Counted from the stretch's first letter, positions 14,648-27,374 are shown. The stretch is 64,000 bases of DNA from Eledone cirrhosa (GCA_964016885.1 OZ024741.1:104966001-105030000), one strand, 5' to 3'. Translations and numbers: made by a program. The notes: generated by a model not told the origin, from the sequence alone.

Positions 14648-14698
14648 AGTTTCAGAAGATCCCGTTAAGGGTGAAAGCAGCGATTCATTGCTTAAACT
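14648..14698 (+). ncRNA. Hammerhead-like motif, U4A core
   Basis: agttt CAGAAGA tccc gttaa gggt GAAA gca..tgc TT aaact, then AATAAA and (TA)n. Confidence 0.65.
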
Positions 14699-14715
14699 TT
14701 AATCTGTTATTTTAA

Positions 14716-14751
<36 letters not shown>

Positions 14752-14966
14752 CACATAAATATAAGTATGTACACGTACATACATATATGTATACAGACGT
14801 ACAGTAGTATGTATATATATATACATACATGCACACATATATATATGTACGTATGGATTCACCAAACATCCATTACAATGCTCGGTGTGTTTGTAAACAA
14901 ACATCCCGTATTAAGCGGTAGTGTCCAGCAACCATCGTTGCTCGCTTGTTCAACACTGATAAAGGA

Positions 14967-15009
14967 ACGCTGTACTAGTTTCAAGCTTATTAGCTATCGT
15001 CAGCAACGT
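14967..15009 (-). ncRNA. Minimal type I hammerhead ribozyme, unit 1
   Basis: Minus strand: acgttg CTGACGA tagct aata agctt GAAA ctag TA cagcgt. Confidence 0.85.
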
Positions 15010-15394
15010 ATACCTTCCTGCCAGATTGTTGAACGTCTGAAAGTATATACTTTCCCTATGCATATTAACGGCTGAGTCGCCCAATTTGCATATCGAGTGG
15101 GTTAATCGGCTGGGTGCACCGAAAACGTTAAACGGAAAAAATGAAACGATATTTCATTTCCCACTCTTAGTACGGCTGTTACTTAAATATAAGTATGTAC
15201 ACGTACATACATATATGTATACAGACGTACAGTAGTATGTATATATATATACATACATGCACACATATATATATGTACGTATGGATTCACCAAACATCCA
15301 TTACAATGCTCGGTGTGTTTGTAAACAAACATCCCGTATTAAGCCGTAGTGTCCAGCAACCATCGTTGCTCGCTTGTTCAACACTGATAAAGGA

Positions 15395-15437
15395 ACGCTG
15401 TACTAGTTTCAAGCTTATTAGCTATCGTCAGCAACGT
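15395..15437 (-). ncRNA. Minimal type I hammerhead ribozyme, unit 2
   Basis: Identical to 14967-15009, 428 bp away. Confidence 0.85.
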
Positions 15438-15828
15438 ATACCTTCCTGCCAGATTGTTGAACGTCTGAAAGTATATACTTTCCCTATGCATATTAACGGC
15501 TGAGTCGCCCAATTTGCATATCGAGTGGGTTAATCGGCTGGGTGCACCGAAAACGTTAAACGGAAAAAATGAAACGATATTTCATTTCCCACTCTTAGTA
15601 CGGCTGTTACTTAAATATAAGTATGTACACGTACATACATATATGTATACAGACGTACAGTAGTATGTATATATATATACATACATGCACACATATATAT
15701 ATGTACGTATGGATTCACCAAACATCCATTACAATGCTCGGTGTGTTTGTAAACAAACATCCCGTATTAAGCCGTAGTGTCCAGCAACCATCGTTGCTCG
15801 CTTGTTCAACACTGACAAAGGAACGCTA

Positions 15829-15883
<55 letters not shown>

Positions 15884-16000
15884 CACAAATACACATACAC
15901 ACATATATACACATATACATACATACACATATATACACATAAATATATACATATATATGTATATATATATATATATATACACACACATATATACATATAT

Positions 16001-16502
16001 AATTAAATAAGCCAACCACCTCCGAACCCAATCCCCGGACTGGGGCCTTGTGTAATTGCCTAAATAAGGAAGCCTGCCCACTTGAAAACAAATGCCTGAC
16101 AAATAATATCGTTTACAAATGCGATGTCATCTCAGGCACCGATGATTGCAACAACAAAAAGACTTACATCGGCATGACTTCCAATAACTTTAAGACCCGT
16201 TGGTATGCCTATACCCACTCCTTCAGAAGACCGGACAAATCAAACCAGACAACACTCGCCTCCTATGTTTGAGACCTCAAAAGGAATTCCACCCCCTTCA
16301 CGCTTAAATGGAAAATACTCCAGAAGCGCGCTCTTACAACGGAAAACAGAAGTGCTGCGACCTTTGTATCTCAGAGAGCTACGACATTTTATTCGCGAAG
16401 GGCCCGCTACTGAACAAACTCTCTGAACACTGCCCGAACTGCATGCACAAGAACTTTGCAACTTTCAAATACCTTAAGCCAGTGTTAATGCCCGATGGCT
16501 AA
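16001..16502 (+). mobile_element. Penelope-like element C-terminal GIY-YIG endonuclease remnant (Hydra-clade-like)
   Basis: CNC..CPLENKCL..IVYKC..TYIGMTSNNFKTRW..H..F, LASYV*, then after a frameshift CDLC..E..LLNK..E..CMH. Confidence 0.8.
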
Positions 16503-16824
16503 ACACGACTTCCCCCTTTTAGTCCCTCTACCACCTTCCCACCCCACCGTCACCCCTCCTCAAACTGAAATACGGCCACTATGGTTATGTGAGTACCTCT
16601 TACCTATCTGCATTTTCTGCTTGTAGAGCTGTTTTTATGCGCCTGTGTATATGCGTATATTTATGAGTACTTATCTGTATGTATTTGTATAAGTTACCGT
16701 TTGTTTGTATGCATATCACTGTGTGTAGGTGCGATTACTTGTCCTCTCTCTGTGTATATTTATATTTATTTGTATGTATATATGGTTTTGTGTATGTGTG
16801 TGTGTATATATATATGTATATATA

Positions 16825-16855
<31 letters not shown>

Positions 16856-16902
16856 GTGTATATATGTATATATATGTATATATATGTGTATATATGTGTG
16901 TG

Positions 16903-16944
<42 letters not shown>

Positions 16945-16980
16945 CATGTGTATGTGTGTGTGTATGTGTGTATGTATATG

Positions 16981-17045
<65 letters not shown>

Positions 17046-17100
17046 GTGAGGTTTTTTTTACAAAATGAAAAATGACCGAGGTGTCCTACACGAGTGAAAG

Positions 17101-17393
17101 TATAAAGAAAAAGAGATGAAATCGAAAATGCAACTGAAGTCTTATTTTTTTTAAAAATATATATATTTATTTGGTTCCTTTACCGGTTTCGCAGTTCTTC
17201 TGCTTTTCAAAAGGTGAGTTGAGATGGAGGGTCTGTGGTTTTTCTCACATCTGTGAGAAAAACCACAGACCCTCCATCTCAACTCACCTTTTGAAAAGCA
17301 GAAGAACTGCGAAACCGGTAAAGGAACCAAATAAATATATATATTTTTTAAAAAAATAAGACTTCAGTTGCATTTTCGATTTCATCTCTTTTT

Positions 17394-17400
<7 letters not shown>
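17101..17400. repeat. Near-perfect 300 bp palindrome (149 bp arms, 2 bp spacer) carrying HHRs
   Basis: 17101-17249 is the reverse complement of 17252-17400. Confidence 0.92.
17287..17324 (+). ncRNA. Minimal hammerhead with U3-A8 core variant (inverted copy 17177-17214)
   Basis: cctt TTGAAAA gcag aagaa ctgc GAAA ccgg TA aagg; AATAAA follows. Confidence 0.72.
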
Positions 17401-17473
<73 letters not shown>

Positions 17474-17482
17474 CTATATATA

Positions 17483-17529
<47 letters not shown>

Positions 17530-17609
17530 GTGAATATATATATATATATATGTGCATGTGTATGTGTGTGTGTATGTATATGTATGTATATATGTATATA
17601 TATATATAT

Positions 17610-18218
17610 GTCAGGTCACCAGTTGGTGCTACTGGTAACATGTATCCCAGTACAACCTGTCTCATGGTCGGGTCGTTGGCGACTAAACTGGCAACCCTAC
17701 CAAGGTTTCTTGGTGAGGAGGGTGACTTTGGACATCCTGCGGGACTAAAAACAAAACCTGTCAAAGGGCAAAGGACCTCTTAAGAGTCAATGGCCATCCA
17801 AAATCACCGGGAGAGATGACCCCCTTACCCTTTGTCAAGGCAGAATTCTAGGAGAAGGAAAACTCTGATATAACACCTGCAACCCTGATGGTATCCAATG
17901 ATGTTGACTTGTTCTTCTTTTTGGTAAATATCATCCTGGTTAAGAGAGTGGGACTGGCTTTGTGCAGTGCCTTTGCTCACTATAAAAGCTTCACGGCACA
18001 GGCATTGCTTTATATCTGGAGATCTCTCTGCACTTGTCGTCACATGGTATCATTGGCCCAGCACTATGTGTCAATAATTGTCACAGGTGTAGTGTTTGTA
18101 CCAGAGTTTAAGTCGCTGGCTGGACTAAAGAGTCACACTCGTTCAGTGCATCGGTAGGGGTTCTCCTACATGGATATAAAGTAGTGGCCGTACTCGAAAA
18201 AGAGTTGGCAGCCACCAT
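17610..18218 (+). mobile_element. ~600 bp non-coding interspersed repeat, copy 1 (RTE 5'UTR-like non-autonomous element)
   Basis: Near-identical copies at 23096, 58744 and 61217 with the same ends (gtcaggtcacc..gcagccaccat), flanked by TA-rich tracts. The motif ctaggagaaggaaaactctg resembles RTE-clade 5' regions (recalled, not searched). Confidence 0.8.
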
Positions 18219-18278
18219 ATATATATGTATGTATATATGTGTATATATATATACATGTATATGCACACATATACGCAC

Positions 18279-18324
<46 letters not shown>

Positions 18325-18349
18325 ATATGTATATGTGTGCGTGTGTGTA

Positions 18350-21300
18350 CAGACGAAGGCGGCCTGAGAACGGTGGATTCACTATGACGTTACGGGGTAA
18401 TCAAGTTGATAATAGGTGGGTGGTCCTGTACTGTCCATTTCTGATGAAAACTTTCAATGCTCATATAAATGTGGAGTTCTGTCATTCAGTGAAGTCGATA
18501 AAGTACATATGTAAATATGTTAACAAGGGTTCCGACGCTGCCATGTTCGGCCTTCAAAACGACAATAGCAGGGACGAGGTCTCGGAGTACTTGGCAGGTC
18601 GATATATCAGCAGTGGTGAAGCTTTTTGGCGGATATTCGGGTTTCCAGTTCACCAAAGGCACCCCGCCATCATACAACTAGCGGTTCATTTGGAAAACGG
18701 CCAGCGGGCTTACTTTACTGAACAGACTGCTGCTCATTTGGCGGCCAATCCAAAAGAAACAACTTTGACTGTTTTTTTTACGCTTTGCCAACTTGACACA
18801 TTTGCAAAACCACTTTCATATCCTCAGGTCCCGTCCTACTACGTGTGGTCAAACAACAATTGGGTGCGTAGGAAGTCAGGTCAGGATGTTGAACGACATC
18901 CTGGTGTCAAGTTTGACAGTTGTCTAGGAAGAGTGTACACTGTACCTCCCAACCAGCATGAGTGTTTTCACCTGCGCCTTCTCCTACATGAGGTTTTTGG
19001 CCCACAAAGCTTTCGAGACATAAGAACTGTTGACGGTGAATTATGTGATACTTTCCAGGAAGCCTGCTTTAGGCGTGGCCTTTTGGAGGATGATTCACAA
19101 TGGGGCTCCACTATGGCAAAGGGCGTTTTGTTGAAATCTCCTAAAAGACTAAAATCGCTTTTCGCTATTCTACTCCTATGGTGCGACTTGTGTGATCCGG
19201 CCTCTTTATGGCTTAGCTACAAAGATTACATGTCTGAAGATTTCCTGCGTTATGCTCAGTTGCTAAACCCATCGATGGAGGTCGGGTACAGTGACCTTAT
19301 TTACAACAGGGCGCTGCTTGAAATCGAAGATACTGTTCTCGATATGGGCGGTAGTGCGTTGGCTGTGTATGGCCTACCTTCAACAAACCGGGAAGGCGCA
19401 AACACTCTGTCTTCGGATTTGCTGCGTGAGACATCTTATAATGTTGACGAGCTTGCCCAGTACATAGCGGAGAATGAACCAAAGCTCCTTCCAGAACAGA
19501 GATTCGCTTACAACTCCGTTGTTAATTCTGTCCGGGGCAAAGCTGGGGGGATTTTTTTCCTGGACGCTCCTGGGGAGACTGGGAAAACTTTTGTCACCAA
19601 ATTAATATTAGCTGATATTAGGCGAACAGAAGGTATTGCCTTAGCTGTGGCATCATCTGGAATTTCGGCTACTTTGTTGCCGGGCGGCAGGACATCTCAC
19701 TCCTATTTCAAGCTCCCGCTTGACTTAGCGAAGACTGAGACACCCACTTGCAACATCAGTAAGAGCTCCGATCAGGCAGAAGTGTTCAGACGATGCAAGC
19801 TTATCGTTTGGGACGAATGCACGATGGCCCACAGAGGTGCTCTTGAGGCGCTCGATAGAACTCTGAGAGACATCAAAGACTCTACGGCTCCAATGGGAGG
19901 CATAACACATCTTCTTTCAGGGGACTTCAGGCAAACGCTTCCCGTTATTCCCAAGGGGACTAGAGCTAATGCAGTACGTGCGTGTCTTAAGTCATCCGCA
20001 TTGTGGCCCCTGGTGAAGACTCTGAAACTACACACTAACATGCGTGCTCATATGCGAGGTGATATCACATCAGCAGCATTTTCTCACACGCCTCCTTGCA
20101 CTTGGCCAAGGCAAAACGCCCGGGGATGAAAAGGGTAATGTTGCCATCGACACACTTTGTACCATTGTTAATACGCCTTCTGATCTCAGGGTTGCAGTGT
20201 TCCCAGATCTCCAAGCAAATTATCAGAATATGGATTGGCTTGCCCAAAGGGCTATTCTGGCCCCGAGGAATAAAACTGTTAACCATATTAATGATCAAAT
20301 GCTAAAACTCATTCCTGGGGATGGCTACGTATATAAGTCTATCGATAGAACTCCTGACACCGAGGACGTCATCAACTATCCAATAGAGGTACTAAATTCC
20401 TTTGAGCGCCCCGGATTACCCCCCCCCCCACACACACACATTTTGAAACTTAAAGTTGGTGCCCCTATAATGCTCATTCGAAATTCGGTTCCGCCGAATG
20501 GCACACGTTTGGTCGTTAAGTCCTTAGCTCCCAATCTGATTGAGGCCACGATAATCACAGGGTGCGGTCGGGGCAAGGTTGTGCTCATACCGAGGATGCA
20601 TCTTTTCCCATCAGGAGCAGACCTTCATTTCATATTTCGGAGGTCCCAGTTCCCGGTCAGGCCATGCTTCGCAATGTCAATTAACAAAGCGCAGGGACAA
20701 ACACTGTCTGTCGCGGGAATACATTTGGGAGAGCCGAGTTTCTCTCATGGTCAGCTTTACGTTGGCTGCTCGCGTGTCGGCAGCAAGAGTGATGAGTTCG
20801 CGTTCTTTCCGCAAGGAAAAACAAAAAAACATTGTGTACAAGGAGGTTTTATAGGATTACCTAGATTACTAATTTTATAACTTTTTTATTTTTTTATTTT
20901 TTGCCTTTTCGTGAGTACTTTCTAAGTAGGTTAACCTTCACTGCAGTGCACTGGACACTATCCACCATCTGCCGTACAAAGGCTGATTCTCGCGGCGTTA
21001 CAAATATCAGCTGTTGCTCCTCACCAATCCCTGTTTGGTGGGCCTCGGAGGACCGTGGACAGGTTAGTATTTCACCTCCGTACGACTCTCAAGGGGTCAA
21101 CAATGCTTTAATGACGGGATTTACATTTTTAGGCGGTTCCCTGCAATTACTTCACACTTCACCAACACCTGGCCTCCGCTCAGCTCTATTTCCCTCCCTC
21201 CGTCGGCACAGCAGCAGGCTCATCTTCTACGTCCGACGTACATGATGCACCAACCATACAATGACCCATCTTCCTCTTTTTTGGTTGTCATAATTCGACA

Positions 21301-21644
21301 ATGTGTTCAGGCCCCTGTCTGCGGTTCCCTCAATCCACCCCTCCCCCGTTAAAACATGTCATGCAGAACAACTCCATCGCAGCTCTGTTGTTCGGCTGGC
21401 ATCGTCTACGCGCGTGTTGCGCAAGTACTGTGAAACAATAAATTTGAACACTTCTTTGCACAGAGATAATATCAATAGGCGAAACTACAATTGTCACTGC
21501 TGGCGCAGCTCCTGCTTCGGCAGTGCAGGTTTGCAATTCATTCAACCAGTGCCTGGCAGACAAAAAAGTGCTACCATAAAATGGGTGGTGCAACCTAACT
21601 TTGGTAACTTACTGACCCCGAGCAACGCCGGGCTTTAATGCTAG
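18350..21644 (+). mobile_element. 5'-truncated Helitron with helicase ORF and canonical 3' terminus
   Basis: DNRWVV, HINVEFC..KYICKYVNKG, FHLRLLL, LDAPGETGKTF, VASSGI, WDECTM, GDFRQTLPV; after a frameshift ILAPRN, NGTRL, FAMSINKAQGQ, HGQLYVGCSRV. 3' hairpin cccg agcaacgc cggg (21617-21632), then CTAG (21641-21644) followed by T. Confidence 0.93.
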
Positions 21645-21684
21645 TATATATATATGTATGTATGTGTGTGTATATATAAATGTA

Positions 21685-21715
<31 letters not shown>

Positions 21716-21760
21716 GTGTATGTATGTATATGTATATGTATACATGTGTGTATATATATG

Positions 21761-21801
<41 letters not shown>

Positions 21802-21823
21802 ATGTATGTATATATATATGTGC

Positions 21824-21871
<48 letters not shown>

Positions 21872-21950
21872 ATATATGTATATATATATATGTATATATG
21901 TGTATATGTGTGTACATGTGTATGTATATGTATATATATATGTGTATATG

Positions 21951-22935
21951 TCAACTCTGGATATCGGTGAGCATGTCCAGCTAACCTCAGTCTCCTCTGT
22001 GTCACTTTTGAGCTGACTTTTGGGATGCTCCCATACAGCTCTGAGTTTTTCAACCTCAGTGTATACTGATTAATGTTCAGAGCCATCCTCAGCATTCTCG
22101 TGTAGCACCCATCCACCATCTGAGTTAGTTTCTTGGTCAGTGTCCAAGTCTCAGACCCATACAGCAGCACAGACTCCACTACAGCAATGAAGAGGCGGAC
22201 TTTCAGGTCTCTACGAAGGTCCGACTTCCACACCGATCTCAAGCTGTGGCACGCCGCCCAGGCCTTGCTCTTCCTCTCAACCACATCATCTTCCGTATTC
22301 CCAATCTTTGCTCCCAAATACAGGAAGCCCTCAACCAATTCTAGCGGCTTCCCGCCTACATTAGTGATCCCCTCTGGCTTCTCAACATTCTCTACCAGAT
22401 ATTTTGTTTTAGTCTCATTCATTCTCAGCCCCACACTCATCGACACAGTGTCAACCTCCCGCATCAAATCCTCTGCCCCCTTCACTGTATTTGTCACCAA
22501 AACTATGTCGTCGGCAAATTCAGCATCCGATACCTTTTTCGCCCTAACTCTCCTGCTCTGAGCCGGTGCTACAGTAAAGCCAGAGTCCTGGTGTTTCTCC
22601 AGTGCAAGGCGCATACAATAGTCCACTACGATGATAAGAGGGTAGGGAGCCAATGTATCTCCCTGGAGCACTCCAGCCAGTATCTCAAAGAACTCTGTCA
22701 TCCCATCAGGTGTAATGACTTGGGCTTTCGTTTTGGTGTAGAGCAGTGATATCAGTGCTCCTTTGGGAGCCCCTACATGGACACACTAGAAGAGGAATAC
22801 CAAGGTTAACGTATGTTGATGCCCTAAGGAGAGACACTGGTCTGTTTGAGACGCGGGACATGGCAGCGATAATGAGGGACAGAGACCGCTGGAGAGAACT
22901 CGTCCATGGATCTCGGGAATTTTACCCGCCTTAGA
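21951..22935. mobile_element. RTE-clade non-LTR retrotransposon 3' fragment with inverted 5' part
   Basis: Minus 21951-22745: GVLQGDTLAP, FADD, FLYLG, LLYGSETWTL, RLRLAGH. Plus 22746-22934: [22 protein letters not shown] (RTE C-terminus). Confidence 0.88.
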
Positions 22936-22975
22936 TATGTGTATATGTATGTGTATTTGTGTGTATATGTGTATA

Positions 22976-23074
<99 letters not shown>

Positions 23075-23095
23075 GTGTGTGTATATATATATGTG

Positions 23096-23663
23096 GTCAG
23101 GTCACCAGCTGGTGCTACTGGTAACATGTATCCCAGTACAACCTGTCTCATGGTCGGGTCGTTGGCGACTAAACTGGCAATCCCACCAAGGTTCCTTAGT
23201 GAGGAGGGTGACTTTGGACATCCTGCAGGACTAAAAACAAAACCTGTCAAAGGGCAAAGGAGCTCTTAAGAGTCAATGGCCATCCAAAATCACCTTTGTC
23301 AAGGCAGAATTCTAGAAGAAGGAAAACTCTGATATAACACCTTCAACCCTGATGGTATCCAACGATGTTGACTTGTTCTTCCTTTTGGTAAATATCGTCT
23401 TGGTTAAGAGAGTAGGACTGGCTTTGTGCAGTGCCTTTGCTCATTATAAAAGCTTCACAGCACAGGCATTGCTTTATATCTGGAGATCTCTCTGCACTTG
23501 TCATCGCTATATGTCAATAATTGTCACAAGTGTAGTGTTTGTACCAGAGGTTTCAAGTCGCTGGCTAGACTAAAAAGTCACACTTGTTCAGCGCATCGGT
23601 AGGGGTTCTCCTACATGGATATAGAGTAGTGGCCGTACTCGAAAACGAGTTGGCAGCCACCAT
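23096..23663 (+). mobile_element. ~600 bp repeat, copy 2 (two small internal deletions)
   Basis: Near-identical to 17610-18218. Confidence 0.85.
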
Positions 23664-24457
<794 letters not shown>

Positions 24458-24461
<4 letters not shown>

Positions 24462-24930
24462 GCAGAAATTGAAAATTAGAATTGGTGCTCTGAAATAGCG
24501 ATATATGAATGTATATATAGTGTATTTTGCAATACACTGTATGCTTAATTAAAAGCATTTCGAAGAATTTACGCTACAGTGTATTGCAAAATACACTATA
24601 TATACATTCATATATATATCGCCATTTCAGAGCACCAATTCTAATTTTCAATTTCTGCCTGACCGGCAACCGCTCTGTATAATCAGTTCCTGATTATTAC
24701 TAGAATTCTATAAGAATCAAACATTCATGATTTCAGCAAACAGGTAGAGTACTTGGCTTTGATAAGTACCAATCAGTACGAAACAGAGCTCTGTCAGCTT
24801 TATCTCCCCTATTTGCTGAAAATATAAAGTAAGTGAGACTGTCACTACTCTAAAACAATAGCGTCAGGTCTTCGAAATGCTTTTAATTAAGCATACAGTG
24901 TATTGCAAAATACACTATATATACATTCAT
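24458..24930 (+). mobile_element. HHR-bearing non-autonomous element: 319 bp terminally redundant unit preceded by an inverted partial copy
   Basis: tacagtgtattgcaaaatacactatatatacattcat at 24575 and 24894; 24458-24567 is an inverted copy spanning the unit junction. Confidence 0.78.
24755..24799 (+). ncRNA. Hammerhead with U3-A8 core variant
   Basis: ggct TTGATAA gtac caatca gtac GAAA cagagctctg TC agct; palindromic stem III. Confidence 0.75.
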
Positions 24931-24942
24931 TTATATATATAT

Positions 24943-25543
24943 AGTAGCCGAATTACCAGCGCCTTGCTACAATTCATTCATTTTTTTTTTTTTTTTATAA
25001 GAAAATGATTAATTTTAAATCAGTGATATAATTTATGGAGAAAAACTCTGCATTTCAATATTACTCAATGTAAAATGTAATGCATGAAAAATTGGAAAAC
25101 ATTTTTTGTAATATATCAAATCAATATTACATTATTAAATCCTATTCTTATTTTGTTTCTTGTAAATAATTTTTTTCAAAATATCAATTCAAAACTTGAT
25201 CATTTCATTTTTGTGTAAAGCATTGTTGTATTTGGAGTTCCAAAACTTTTACTATAGGGGGCTTAACCCCCATTAGGATGTCTTAATATTATTGAAATTT
25301 GCTGAAATTTTGTGGATAGGCATCATATCTTATCATTTACCTATGGTTTAAATTTCATATAAGTCGAAGGGAAAAGGTTTTAAATCGGGATTTGTACGCC
25401 CAGGGAACCCATTGATTAAAATTAAATATACTTATTCAAGTACCATATGCAATGTAGTTTCAGAATATATATGGTTATGGGGGTCTATCTCCAAAACCAT
25501 AGGAGGAGTTCGTGAACAAACAAACAAACAGACTGGAACTACA

Positions 25544-25550
<7 letters not shown>
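24943..25550 (-). mobile_element. Putative non-autonomous Helitron
   Basis: Minus strand starts tatataaagttgtagttccagtctgtttgtttgtttg and ends gtagcaaggcgctggtaattcggctacta, resembling the degenerate hairpin plus CTAG end of short Helitrons. Confidence 0.55.
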
Positions 25551-25625
<75 letters not shown>

Positions 25626-25627
<2 letters not shown>

Positions 25628-27360
25628 AGAGTATTGAAGTTTGCTTGAAGCATTGTGGAATAATAAGTAAATATCTTTAAGTCGTTTGAAAGCCTCGACA
25701 ATGCAAATGATTAAATCTCCGAGTAACCAGATCCGGTGGTGGAGAGAGAGATGTAAGTGGGTGTACGTTGAGATGCGTGGTGTGTATGAGATGTGTAGAA
25801 GAATGAAGGAAAGAGTATAAAGGATAAAATAAAATAACAACACGAGAGAGAGTTACCTTGGGAGAGATTTAATAGTCCCTATATATTTCGGATTCACATC
25901 CATCAACTGGGGGTTTTTCCGGGGTGGGGAAAGGTTGTCTGTCGGACAAGTGCGAAACGCGTCCTCCGCTGTTTGTTGTTTTGAATATCTGAGGTATTCG
26001 GCAGAGCGCGCGTGCGCATGAAATGGGGTCGGTCGGGCAGAGGTCAGCGGCCGAATGAGGGAGTGGGGTGACGCTAGCTGTCAGTCCATTCTCTGCCTGT
26101 TTGTTAAATGTTACTGTGTGTGTGTGTGCGTGTGTTGTTGTCTCGCTTGAGTGTGTGTGTGTGTGCGTGTGTTGTTGCCTTGTTCCTCTGTATTGGCAGT
26201 GTAGTATGTTCGTATGGTGGAATGCTACTGTGTGTGTGTGCGTGTGTGTGTGTAGTTGTCTCGTTTGTGTGTGTGTGTGTGCGTGTGTTGCTGCATCGTG
26301 TGTTAGCTTAAACCAGCCATCTCATTTCGCTTCTCTCTGATCGGTTGTTTATTTGCGGTTGCAGTCGTTTGATAAAAAGCGCTTCCTTGATACATAACGT
26401 GCCGACGTTTCTTTCAGTCGCTAGAATTGTGACAATGGGCCTTCCGTCTTTGTTTCCGCATTTGTCTATGTGTTTCCGGAAAGACGAGGCCCTGGTTTTG
26501 GTGTGTTCCTTGATCCGGATGTGCAAAGGTCGGATTGTGCTACCTATGTAGTATTGGTTGCACCTGTCACATTCTATCTTATACACGACGTATGTGCGTA
26601 GGCAACAGTTCGCATGGCGTATCGGGCAGTCTCTGAGGGAGCATACGTCAGTAGATTTCCCGTGTTTCCTGGAGAGGCATCTTCGCAGGGAGGGGCCCGA
26701 GTGGGCCAGGTGGATGTCGAGGCCCTCCCTCCGTATAGCCTTGCGGATAGCGTTGGTGGTATTCTCGCCCAGGTGTGGCATTTTAAGGAAGCACTTGCCT
26801 TGGGTGCCTCTCTGTCTCTTGCGTCTGGTGTCTCCTATTCTGTCTGTGATCGAGGTAGGGTACCCGTTCGTCTCCAGCACCTCGAGGAATCGCTTGGTAT
26901 GAGTGACACCACTCGCGGGATCGCTGCATCTGTTTTTGATTCGCGCGATCTCGTTCGTGATGTATCCTCTTTTGGCACTGTTAGGGATGGTGGACTTGTA
27001 GTGAACGAACAGGTCCCTGCAGGCTGCCTTTCGGTAGAAGTTGCAGTGGATCCTTCCCTGTTCCGTGATGTTGATTCGGAATTCGAGGAGGGCAAGTGAC
27101 CCGTCTTCGTTGGGGTGTTCAACACTGAAGTCAATGTTCTCGTCCGTGTTGTTGAACGTCTCATAGATTCTGTTCGCCGTGTCTTGGGAAGATGTGAGGA
27201 TGAGGATATCGTCCACGTACCTTGAGAAAAAGGCTACGGCGTTGGGGTGGCAGGCGTTGAGTGCCTTGCGTTCGAGGTTGTCCATGTAAGAGATCGCTAG
27301 CACACCTGATAGGCTTGATCCCATGGGCAATCCGTCGTGCTGTTTTAGCCATAAGATAAC
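25626..27360 (-). mobile_element. Penelope-like element 3' half (RT C-terminal part, thumb, GIY-YIG) with 3' UTR
   Basis: ORF 26308-27456: GLPMGSSLS, RYVDD, VVYKIECDRCNQYYIGSTIRPLHIRIKEH, KEALFI..PQIN. The N-terminal residues of the ORF come from the adjacent SINE. Confidence 0.92.
25876..25913 (-). ncRNA. Degenerate hammerhead motif in the PLE 3' region
   Basis: Minus strand: ccc CAGTTGA t ggat gtga atcc GAAA tata TA ggg; two core substitutions. Confidence 0.45.
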
Positions 27361-27374
27361 GCCATCCCTGGGCG

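Larger units (their letters stand above)
14756..15833 (-). mobile_element. Tandem array (428 bp unit, ~2.5 copies) of an HHR-containing retrozyme-like element
   Basis: taaatataagtatgtacacg at 14756, 15184 and 15612; near-identical units; (TA)n on both sides. Confidence 0.85.

Noticed and set aside
14756-15833. CRISPR-like or protein-coding tandem repeat
   Set aside because: Whole 428 bp units repeat without unique spacers, the context is eukaryotic, and the ORFs are low-complexity.
16270-16272. In-frame TGA in the PLE endonuclease as selenocysteine
   Set aside because: The position corresponds to a Trp-type site (Y-V-W), so TGG to TGA decay is simpler; the copy is also frameshifted.
17610-17700. 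HDV-like or twister ribozyme assignment for the 600 bp element head
   Set aside because: P1/P3/L3 could not be paired consistently in both the young and diverged copies; kept only as an unclassified structure.
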